The notes under the pieces were generated by a model. That model was not told the origin of the DNA. It did no database searches and worked only from the letters and a program-made list of their open reading frames with translations. Source: Vitrella brassicaformis CCMP3155 (Eukaryota > Protista > Chromerida). From it: a stretch of 64,000 nucleotides of DNA. A program made the position numbers and the translations under genes. Shown here piece after piece: positions 50,089-60,829 of this stretch. Location: NCBI GenBank assembly GCA_001179505.1, contig CDMY01000385.1, positions 1 through 64,000 on the forward strand, written 5' to 3'. The stretch's first letter is position 1. The number at the start of each line of letters is the position of its first letter.

Positions 50089-51664
50089 ACACGTGTTTGT
50101 TACACACACGTGTTTGTTCCGTCCGTCCGAGACAAGAGTTCCAATGAGTGAGTTGGTATTGGATCCTGACCTTCTCTCGAAGGCGGCGTCTTTCTCGACG
50201 TGTTTGCGATACTCGTCGAGCGTGGTGGCACCGATACACCTGCAGCCAGCGACATGTCATGTGCAACACGCACGCCTTGATGCATCCCATCACACCAAAC
50301 TGTGTCTGTGTGCGTGTGTGTGTGTGGACCTGAGCTCGCCTCGCGCGAGCATTGGCTTGAGCAGGTTGGCCGCATCCATGCTGCCCTCGGTCTTGCCGGC
50401 CCCCAGCACCACGTGCATCTCATCGATAAAGAGAATGATCCCGCCGGCCGCTTCCTTGACCTCATTGAGCACGGCCTTCAGCCGCTCCTCAAACTCGCCC
50501 CGGTACTTGGCTCCTATGCCACACACACACACACAGACACACAGACACACACGGATGGGCACTCAGCGCACATACCTGGGCACACGAGAGTGCATACCTG
50601 ATATGAGTGCGCCCATGTCGAGGGAGATCAGCTTGCACTTCAGGGTCTGCGGCACGTCGCCACGGACGATACGCTGAGCGAGGCCCTCGACCACAGCCGT
50701 CTTGCCAACGCCAGGCTCGCCGATCAACACCTGCACACACACACACACACACACACACACCGCACGGCCCACCAGTACGAACCAATGTCATTCATTCTCG
50801 TAGCTGGCTGGGCTACCTACCGGGTTGTTCTTGGTCCGTCGACAGAGCACCCGGATGACTCTCCTGATCTCATCCTCACGCCCAATGACGGGGTCCAGCT
50901 GCACCACGCAGACAGACAGACAGACAGACAGACACAGACAGACAGGATGCACACAAACTTGGTGGGTGCGTGTGCAAGGTGCATGTGTGTGTGTGACATG
51001 TGTGTGTGTGAGGGTGCCTAGCCTAGCTACCTTGCCGCTCTCCGCCAGCGCAGTCATGTCGACCCCATACTTGGACAAAGCGTCCAGCGTCTCGTCGCCA
51101 GAGCTGCTCGATATCTTCCGGCTGCCACGCATCCGCTTCACCCGCTCCTCCACCTTGCTGGGCGAAATCTGCGCCTCGGACAGCAGCTTCTTGATGGGCG
51201 TGTGACGGACCAAGGCGATCAGCAGCTGGTCGGCGGAGAGGTACTGGTCGCCCGCTGCCTTCTGCAGGGCCTCGGCCTGCCTGATGACGTCCTGGCAGCC
51301 ATGGTTGGGGAGGATGTTGTCGGGGGGCGGCTGCTGGGAGGGGATCTTCTGGAGGGCCTTCTTCAACGCGTCGCGGAAACCAGTCACATCACCCTCAATC
51401 TGACAACAGGACAGACACGCACACACACACACCACACACAGACAAGTGCCCAGGGAAGAGGCTGCTGCTCCTGGTGCTGCCGCCGTTAATTGCGTCACCC
51501 ACCTGGCCTCCGGCGAATATGCGTGCGGCCAGTGACTCATCGTCCTCGAGCATCGCCAGCAGCAGGTGCTCGGGGCTCATCTGGAGGTGCCCCTTCTCGC
51601 GCGCGTGGTCTTGCGCCGCCACAAAGCATTTCTTGACGAGATCTGTCCACTTGGATGGGTCCAT
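47544..51664 (-). CDS. clpB: ClpB/Hsp101 (Hsp100) disaggregase, cytosolic type, multi-exon
   Basis: Clp-N repeats (PEHLLLAML; ADQLLIAL), [46 protein letters not shown], middle coiled coil, [40 protein letters not shown]. No N-terminal targeting extension. Confidence 0.97.
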
Positions 51665-51785
51665 CGTTGTGTGCCCTTACAAAACGTCGAAACACTCAAC
51701 GGCAAAGTGATAAAAACTCGAGGAGATGGCAGGAAAGTGTAGACAAACGCACAGGCAGCAACGGGCAGGACGGCGTTGTGGGGTC

Positions 51786-51827
51786 TGTAGGGTTTCAGGG
51801 TTCGAACCCTACACCCCAAACCCTACA
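51786..51827. promoter_or_regulatory. Telomere-like (GGGTTYA / AAACCCTA) nested inverted repeat in the clpB-bromodomain divergent spacer
   Basis: tgtagggttt (51786-95) pairs with aaaccctaca (51818-27) around the palindrome agggttcgaaccct (51797-51810). A regulatory role is inferred only from its position. Confidence 0.4.
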
Positions 51828-51906
51828 CTAAGCGGCAAGATGAGCCGGGGCGAAGAGTGCTAAAACTACAGAGAGGGGCAGGCTTCATCATCTCCTCAAC
51901 AGTAGC

Positions 51907-54726
51907 ATGCAGTGGGCGTCATCGCTAGACTACGACAACGGTGACGATGAGCAGGACGCCGACGAGAACGAGAGTCGAGTCTCATCGCGTCGCGGCGGTG
52001 CCAAGAGCCGCGGAGGCGGCAAGTCGGTGCGGCGAGCCACCGGCCGCGGCCGGGGCAGGGGAGGGCGTCGCGACGGTTCGCTGGCGGGCATCACGTACAA
52101 GAAGAAGATCTACACGTTCCGTGAGCTGCTGCTGGACCTCATCACCAAGCTGGAGAAGCGCGACAAGGACCAGTGGTTCCATTATTCAGTGGACGCCAAG
52201 AAGTACCCACACTACTACACCACCATCCGCAACCCGATGGACTTCCAAACCATGAGGCGAAAGGTCGACAGGGCCGACTACCAGGGTGAGTGGCGTGCAT
52301 GGGGGCTGGCCACAGACAGACAGACAGACAGACAGGCAGGCAGTCGGGGGGCAGTGGGGTCATGTGTGTATGTGTGTTGGTGGTGGTGTGTGGTGTGTGT
52401 GTTCAGAGCTGAGTTGGTTCGAGAACGATGTGAATCTGATCATCACCAACGCCAAGCTGTTCAACCTACCGCACACCACCCCCTACAAGGTCAGCCAGGC
52501 ACACAGACAGGCAGCCAGACAACAAACAGCAGCACATGCGCGATGCGATCGATGTTCCTCCTGTGGATGATTGCATCCACCCCATGCAATCATTGCAGGC
52601 CGCAGAAGTCGTCGAAGCCCACTTCAAACGCGTCATCGAGACAGCACGGTGGGTGGGTGAGCACACAGACGCATGTCAACAGACAGAGCCCCCCTCTCTC
52701 TCCCATGGCAGTGGCCGATGGAATGACGCCAAGAAGGAGGGCAGGACCTTCGAGCCGCACATTCCGACGCCCGAGGAGCTGTCGGCCATCGCAGACCGGC
52801 CCCCGGTCCCGCCTGACGGTGCGGAGGCGCATTTGCCCCACTCGCCCGACGACCGGCGGGGGGTGTCGTCCAAGGGCAAGGACGGGAGGGGCGTCGGCGT
52901 GCGACGGAAGCGGCAGGCGGCCATGGAGGCCCAGGCCATGATGGGCGTGCACCTCGGCGGCGGGCCAGGCGTCAAGAAGAGGGGACCCAAGGGGGACCAC
53001 CTCGTGGCCTTTCCCGCCATCAGCAAGGTCAGTCAGTAGCTGGGGCAGCAAACAAGCGACAACCAACCACACGCTTGCACCGCTGGCACCAGAGAGCATG
53101 TGCCTGCTTGGGGGTGGTTGTGTGTTGCAGAAGGCACTGGCCGGTAGGCATCATCCGCGAGTGGATCCGATGGAGTGGATCGTGGCTGAGGAGACGGGCG
53201 CGGCGTCGTGGCGGCGGAACACGCTCGAGGCGGCGGGTGAGAGGGACTTCAAACACTATATCGGGGTGGACGGCATCGCACCGGGCGGGCTCACACACCG
53301 GAAGGAGCACGAGATCCTCGCGGCAGTCAACAAAATGATGGTGAGATGAACAGACAGACAGATGGGGGCGTGGGCGTGGGTGTGGGTGTGTCGCTATCCA
53401 TCCATCCATCTGTGGCTGGGTTCAGTCTTGCGACCCGATGGGGCGGGACACCCCGGCGGCGGGCGAGGGGCTGGGCGGCGAGAACACCTACCTGCACATG
53501 TGTCACGTCCCCAGCCTCCACCTCGGCAAGCCTGTCCTCTCACACGCACCTGACGACCGGGCGGCCGCATCAGGATCGCCACCCACCCACCCCCAGTGGG
53601 CCGAGACCAAGACATACCGAGAAAGCGTCAAGGTAACTAACCGAGCCGACAAGGAGAAAGAGGGAGAGGGAGAGGGAGGGCCCTGAGGTTCTCTGTCCAT
53701 CCATCCGCTGTGTGTGTGTCGTGTCTTGCTGCCAGGCGTTTTTCGACGGTCCTCGTGTGGTGGGCCCGATTCGGAAGCTGATGGAGGAGATCATGGATCG
53801 CGACCCCGAGCCACGCACACTCGTCAGCCCACTCATCAACACCCGATTCTTCGCATGTGGTGGGTGAGCGACGACAGCAACGGCCGACAGCCAGCCAGCC
53901 ATCCATCCATCGTCGCATGCATGGGTGTCTGTCTGTGTGTCCATCTTTTCATTCCTTCAGACACTGAGGATCAGATGCCGTTTGTGCGTGCCGCGTGGGA
54001 CCGTGACCAGCAGTACCCCTCCCTGCTGGGCCTCGGCGACAACCCCCATGACAAGATCAACGAAATGAAACATCTGTAAGCACCCACCCCTCCACATCCA
54101 TCCATCCATCTGTCTGTCTGGCTTGTGTGTGTGGTGGTGTGTTGACTGACAGGGACGGGCACATGGACACGTCGGCCCTGAAGGCCATCGTCAACAAGTA
54201 CGAAGCCGAGTACCGGCCGCCCCGACCGCCACCCATCATGACGGGCCGCCCGCAGCCAGCACCACATCCCCATTGCCACCCCCACGGCTACCCGCACCCA
54301 CACCCACACCATCCACACGCCCACTTCCAAATGAGGCATCACCCCGGCTATGGCGCTCCGAGGATGGGCCCCGCCGTCCAAGTCGGCACCTCCACGCCTG
54401 TCGGCAGGGGGCAGAAACGCGACCACGGCCGAGCACAGCAGCACTTCCAGCCGCCTCGCGCGCCGACGCACTATCCCGCTCATGTGCCTGCCCAGCCACC
54501 AGCAGCAGCAGCAGTGCCGTTCTCTACGCTGCCGTACGGTGCCGGCCAGTACGGTCATCACAGCTATCCAGCGGCGCCGCGGCCGCCGACGATGGCAGCT
54601 CATCCCGGGGGGATGCATCCTTTTGGGTCGTGGCCGCAGCAGGGCGTGACGACGAGGCCTGGCACGAGGCCGCCGCCCTTCCCGCCGGTGCAGACGGGCT
54701 CCCATGCACATGCACCCAGGGGATGA
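51907..54726 (+). CDS. Single-bromodomain protein with His/Pro-rich C-terminal tail (multi-exon)
   Basis: DKDQWFHYSVDAKKYPHYYTTIRNPMDFQTMRRKV...FENDVNLIITNAKLFN (ZA loop, PMD and conserved Asn). Downstream exons join in frame to TGA at 54724-54726. Confidence 0.85.
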
Positions 54727-55782
54727 GAGGCCGACAGACAGACAGACAGACAGACAGGGAGGGAGAGAGAGAGAGAGAGGGGGGTGGGGGGGGGAGGTAT
54801 CCGGAAAGTGTAGGGGTAGATTGAAGAAGTCGAATCGTTGTTCTGTTGGTCTGCTTTTCCTTGTGTGCATTTCCGCCGCTTTGGTGAACGGCGGCTTTGG
54901 TTGACGGACGTGTCAGGCCGGAGCAGCCGTTATCCATCGCGGGGGCAACGCGCACGAGAGGGAAAGGATGGAGGAGTGTGGAATACCGACTGGCTATGTC
55001 AATCAGCACTGCTTCCTTCTAGCGGCTGCCCTTGTGATGTCGAAGTGGTTGATGGATGGATGGATGGACGGAGGGAGTGGTCGATGCTGCGCTGATGGTG
55101 ATCGTGGGCTGATCGGTCGGTAACATGGCTGCCTTGCCTTGCTACCGACAGATTTGTACTCGATCTTCATGAGGACAGTCAGTACGATCACCGACCGTAC
55201 CACCCAGACCAGACACGTACGACCTCTTTTGACTGCATGGAGACTGCCTGCGTATCGATAACACAACACATGTTGGTTGATGTCAAGACAGACAAGCGCA
55301 TTTCCAGTGCCCGCATATGCACGAAATGTCAGTCACCATCCCAAGCGAAGCGAACAAGTATGGACACACACCATCCGCCATCGACTGACTCGTTCAGAGC
55401 AGCCAGCCTCACGTGGCGGCAGGCAAAGGAAGGAACAGGAAGGACACGAGACAGACAATAGGACGGAAACCTGTGCACAAGTCACTCAGTCCAGTGAAGG
55501 CTCTTTCAGCAGCGAAAGAAATCAATCAGCTCACACATCGCGTCGCATCAACAGGAGGAGCTATGCACAAACACACACACACACACACGCACAAGTCTGT
55601 CTGCAGAGAGGAAGAGAAGAACCCCTCAACCGGACATGCCAGGCAATGCACAGCAAAGGAACACCCGGCCACGGGACGGCATCCCATCAACAGCAACAGC
55701 AACCTTTGTTTGTACACACACCATGCAATGAACCTCACCTCTGCGCCCCGTCAGTCCGTCCTTTGCTGGTCTGTCCTTCCCT

Positions 55783-58041
55783 TCACCCCCCACCCTCTGG
55801 CTTCCCCGCCCCCCCGCCCCATGCGCTGCTCCCACGCCGCCTCTTCCTATTGTTGCCCTTGTCACCGCCACCCCCCACCCCAACAGACCCATCCACACCC
55901 CCGCCCCCCACCACCCCCGAGCCAGCCGTGGTGTGTCTAGCTCGTGGCCGGCTCTTGCCCTTCTTGAGCATCTGAGCTGACACCTGCCTCTCTCTCTCCT
56001 CATCGTCGCTATCCTGGTCCAGCACCCGCTTCCGAAGGGATGCCCACGCGTCGGGGGACGGAGAGGCCGACACCCGCTGCTGCTGCTGCTGCTGTTGGCG
56101 GTGCTGCTGGGCGGCGGGAGGGCCGCGTGTGGAGCGACGGGGGCGGCCGCAGTACCAGAACTGATGGACGCACAGTGGGGAATTGGAAGGGTGTGGTTGG
56201 TCTTTGTGTGAGTGAGTGGTTCTTCTGTGCACATGACTAATTGTGTACCTTACCTGCAGGAGTGTGTTGCATCTGGCGATCTGGGCGGTAGTGTTCTGCC
56301 GCGCCAACGCCACTAACTGAGTCAGCGACTTGCCCCTACACACACACACACACACACACTTATCCGCCCATCAGCAAGCAGGAGCAGGGCTTTGCTTGTA
56401 CATTATAGCTACGCTCACCCGTCAGGGTCATCACAGGTGACCTCGAGTACATCAGGGCCAACGTGCACCACGCCGGCCAGCGATGAAGTGACGCCACTTC
56501 TGCTGCTGCTGTTGCCAGTGCTGCTACTGCTGCCGGCCTCCCCCACAGCGCCTCCGTCCCTCCCGCCCCTGAGTCGTGGAGAGGTGCGCACCACCGCCCC
56601 CGAGGGATCGGGGGGTGAGAGGGCCAGGTGACGCTTCCAGTCGTGCTTGCGGTAGATGTAGATGGTGTGCCGCTCCCCCGACCCCAGCATGGTCATCGGG
56701 ATGCGGTCCACCAGCTCGCCGGCAAGGGAAAACAAACTGACCAAATCTGCAACCAGCAAAGCACGGGCAGGGGAATAGAATAAGAACACTCCACGGAGGC
56801 GCAAGGTCTGGTATGTGTTGGGGTGGGGTCCGTCCCCTTCTGCCGTGCGCACCGTACCTGATCTGTATGAGGCGAATATGAAGGCTGTCTCTGTGCGATT
56901 AAAGACCTTGACGAACCTGTTTGTTTGAAGCGAGAGGCACGAGGCACATGCCCGATGGCGGCCCGTCCCTCCTCTCGTCTCTCTCTTCGTTTCTCCCTCA
57001 CTGACTCACTCACCGATCGACGAGGAATCCCGGCATGGCGCAGTCGAATGAGTAGATGTGTGTGGTAGGCTTGAATGACGTCAGCAAGGTGGCGTCCAGA
57101 TGCAGGAACCCAAGCCTCGCGGCAGGAGGGCTGGCCGACGGATCTTCACCAAACTCCTCCTACCAAGACAGGGGCGCACACACACCAACATAAGATAGAG
57201 AGATGCGCACAGGAAAGCGATGCGACAAAGGCAGGCAGGCAGCCAAATGAGCTGAATGGCGGCGTGGCCCCACCCGCCCCCCGCCGACCCACCAGCAGTT
57301 TCTGCGCGTTTTCGAGTACGTGCAGCTGATTGCGCAGCGCCAAATGGTAGCTGTTGCTATCCATCTCAACACCAACTGCGCCACACAGAACACATCACAC
57401 AGCACACAACACACGCTTGCAGGCGTGACAAGAATGTGGTGCCTGCCTGTCCCCCCACTACTAACGAGATGCGGCCACGTCAAAGTGGCATGCAGCGACT
57501 ATGTTGGGGACGCCCCGGCCGGAGCCAATGTCCAGCACCACCGAATTCTGCATCACATCAACCAACACACGACACGCAGCGCAGCAGGCAATTGACAAAA
57601 GGATGGATGTTGTGTGTCGGCTCGGCTAGCTGTGTGCTGACTGACCCTGCCGAGATGGTATTTATCTTTGAGGCAGCTGAACAGCGCCAGCAGCGACTGC
57701 TCGCTGTTCTCACCGTACATCCCTGACATGACATGGCAACAAGAGAACCACTGGCAGTAGGACACCTTTTTCGCCCCGGCCCGGCCCGGCCCCGCCCGCC
57801 CCGCTCTCTCTGACCCATGCCTTGCCTACCCTCGTCAGAGGTCATGATGAGTGCACTGTTAGAGCGGAACAGCACCTTATGACTGTACAGCGACGTGTTG
57901 AACCTGGGGGAGAAAAGACCACACACACAGGAAGGACAACACACACACAGGATACACACACATATGAGGCGGCTTGCAGTGGGCGGCCGTCGAGGTGTGC
58001 GCTCACTCCTTGAGGGAGCACTGTTTCTTCGACTTGGACAT
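55783..58041 (-). CDS. DOT1-like class I SAM-dependent methyltransferase (about 9 exons)
   Basis: Spliced protein MSKSKKQCSLKE...GMYGENSEQSL...VVLDIGSGRGVPNIVAACHFDVAASLGVEMD...FLHLDATLL...THIYSFDCAMP...MLGSGERHTIYIY. YGE, DxGSGxG, S-x-G-(V/I)-E and THIY are DOT1-family hallmarks. Confidence 0.75.
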
Positions 58042-58281
58042 CCTCCCGACGCGACAACGTCACCACCAGGGCCGGGCTCACGCGTGAGCACCCGATTACT
58101 CGCAGCCCACAGGTTTTGGCTGCAGAGCCCCTCCTGCACCGTTTCCACTACACCGCTAAGCCGAGAAAGAGCCAAGGCCTCATTTCGGATGTTCGATCCT
58201 CGAGACGCGAGCTCAAGAGTTTTCGAGGTCTTAAACTTAGCGTTGCGTTCCGTTGTAGCATTGGCGTGATAGCGAGGCACC

Positions 58282-59703
58282 ATGTTTGAGGCGGTGCTGT
58301 CGAACGGAAGCACTCTCAAGAAGATCTTCGAGGTGCGTGAGCAGAGGGCAGAGATGGAGCCGATGATGCACGATGCACGATGCACGATGCACGATGCATG
58401 ATGCACGCACACGCGCGCAGATGGGACGTACACGCCACGCCATCCACAGCAATGTCTGACGGAAGGAATCATTGTCATGTGCATGTGTGTGTGCAGGGCA
58501 TCAAGGACCTCTGCACGGATGTGAACTTCGACGTGTCGTCTGAGGGCATCAAGCTGCAGGCCATGGACAGCAGCCACGTGTCGCTCGTGTCTCTGGAGCT
58601 CCACACTGACGTGTTCGAGCAGTTCCGCTGCGACCGCGACAGCATGACCCTCGGACTCAACATGAAGAGCGTCACGCAGATCTTCAAGATCTGCGGCAAC
58701 GACGACTCCGTCACCATGCGCGCCGAGGACGAAGGAGAAACACTCGAGTTCACCTTCGAAAAGGGTGAGCCGGGTCGGTGGGTCGGGAGGGACACACACC
58801 ATCATCATCATGACATGATGTCTGTGGTGTGTGGTGTGTGTTGCTTAGGTGAGGATCGCGTGAGCACGTTTGAGTTGAAGTTGATGGACATCGACAGCGA
58901 GCACCTGGGCATCCCCGACACCGAGTACCAGTGCAACGTCAAGCTGCCCTGCTCAGAGTACCAACGCATCTGCAGGGACATGGCCGGCTTCGGAGACAAC
59001 AGTACGGTCAACGCAACACAACGCACCCTTGGCTTGAATGACCAACACACACATATCGGCACAGCACAGCGCCACACACACATGCCCAAGTCCCTCCCTC
59101 TCGCTGTAGCTCCCTCTGTCTGTGTGTGTCTGTGTGTGTGACGTGTTCAGTGACGATCGACTGTCAAAAGGGCGGCGTGACGTTCTCGGTCGACGGAGAG
59201 GTCGGCAAGGGCAAAATATTCCTCAAACACCAACCCAACGTTGAAGAGGTCAGCCACCCCCAACCCCCGCCACCACTTCCCACCACACAGACCACTCGTC
59301 TGTGTGTGCTGTGCTGTGTGGGACTGACTGTGACTGTGGATGGATGGTGCAGAAGCACAAGGTGATCGTAACAGTGAAAGAGGGTGTGGAGTTGGATTTC
59401 GCGCTGCGTTACCTCAACAACTTCGCCAAGGCGGCCCCGCTGAGCGACCACGTCCAGCTGGGACTCAACTCGGACACACCACTCAGCGTCAGATTCGACA
59501 TAGAGGTAGGTACTCACCAACTTGCCCACTTAGACAGACAGACGCGCGCACACACACGCATGGATGGATGGACGGATGGATTCTCTCGTGTGTGTGTGTG
59601 TGTGTTGACTGCCTGCCTGCCGTCTCCACACTAGGACAAGGCGACCCTGGGGTCGCTCAAGTTCTTTCTGGCGCCCAAGATCAAGGAGGGGGAGGACCAG
59701 TGA
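58282..59703 (+). CDS. PCNA: Proliferating cell nuclear antigen (6 exons)
   Basis: MFEA...LQAMDSSHVSLV...LGLNM...KLMDIDSEHLGIP...ICRDM...CQK (K164 equivalent)...FALRYLNNFAKAAPLS...KFFLAPKI. Confidence 0.98.
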
Positions 59704-60829
59704 GCGAAGTGAAACAACGGCATATATATAGGCAGGCAGGCAGAGGGAGGGAGGGAGGGAGGCGGGCAGATAGGCTAGGCTGACTGGCTCTGTCTGTCTG
59801 TCTGGTTCTCTCTCTCTCTGTCTGGTCGCTGCCTCCGCTGTGCACGCGCTGCCTGCCTGGTCCTTCCTTGGTTCATTCCCTCCCTCCCTCCTTGATGTTA
59901 GCTAAGCTGGTTGCTGCTTGTGAATATCCCGACTGCCTGCACGCACAGAACACAGACACACACACAGACAGTGGCGCGTAGACGCTTTATCGACCGACAC
60001 GACACACCGACCGGCACCTCTCCTCTAGCTCTCTCTCTCTCTCTCTCTGTCCGTCTGACTGCCTGACCTGTTAACAGCTGGCTGTGTGTGGTGTGGGGGC
60101 GCTGCGTGGGTTGTGTTGTGTTCTGCAAGGGATGCTGTGGTGATAAGGTACTTACTGATGGGATCGTTGTGCGGGTGGTGGGTGGTGGTTGGGGGTTTGG
60201 GTTTGCTGTGTTGCACCTCCTTCCTGTACGACAGTGAGGAGGAACTGCCGGACGGACGGGTGCAGTTCTTCCCGACGACGGGGACGGTGGACGGCACGGC
60301 CTGCACAAACCTCCACCACCTCCACATCCATATGGGCACACGGAGAGTGTCTGTGTGTATGTTGTGTGTATTTGTCTGTATGCCCGCTTCGCCTGCCTGC
60401 CTGCCTGCAGGTGGGCCTGCCTTTTTCTAGCGTCCATCCATTCGAACGAACGTTTTGCGTTAGGTGAGAGGCGCCCGGCCGACCGGCGGCCATCCATCCA
60501 TTCATATGGTGTCTGTACAAAAGCCTGGCTGGTTTCATTGACGCGAGCGAGCGGCTGTGTGGCTGACTGATTAATGAGTGAGTGAGTGTGTGTGAGGACT
60601 CTGCGCATGGACGTGTGTGTGTGTGTGTGTGTGTTGCTTTTCGTGCTGCCTTAATATATCTGATACATTCAGTAATGCCGACGTGGCCGATACGCGTCGG
60701 CGGATCGCATGCATCTCTTGTTGTCCTTGATCACACCCACCCACATTGTGGGACACTGTACAAGCGCGGCTCACGCAAAGGACGGACACATCCGCAGCTA
60801 GTGTAGCTGATAGACTGTCAGTCAGTCAG

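Noticed and set aside
51840-51863. Short upstream ORF (MSRGEEC*) before the bromodomain gene
   Set aside because: Seven codons, could be chance, and the transcription start is unknown.
58076-58089. 14 bp palindrome gctcacgcgtgagc taken alone as a regulatory site
   Set aside because: A few 14 bp palindromes are expected by chance in 64 kb (about 1 per 16 kb); kept only as context for the DOT1-like/PCNA spacer.
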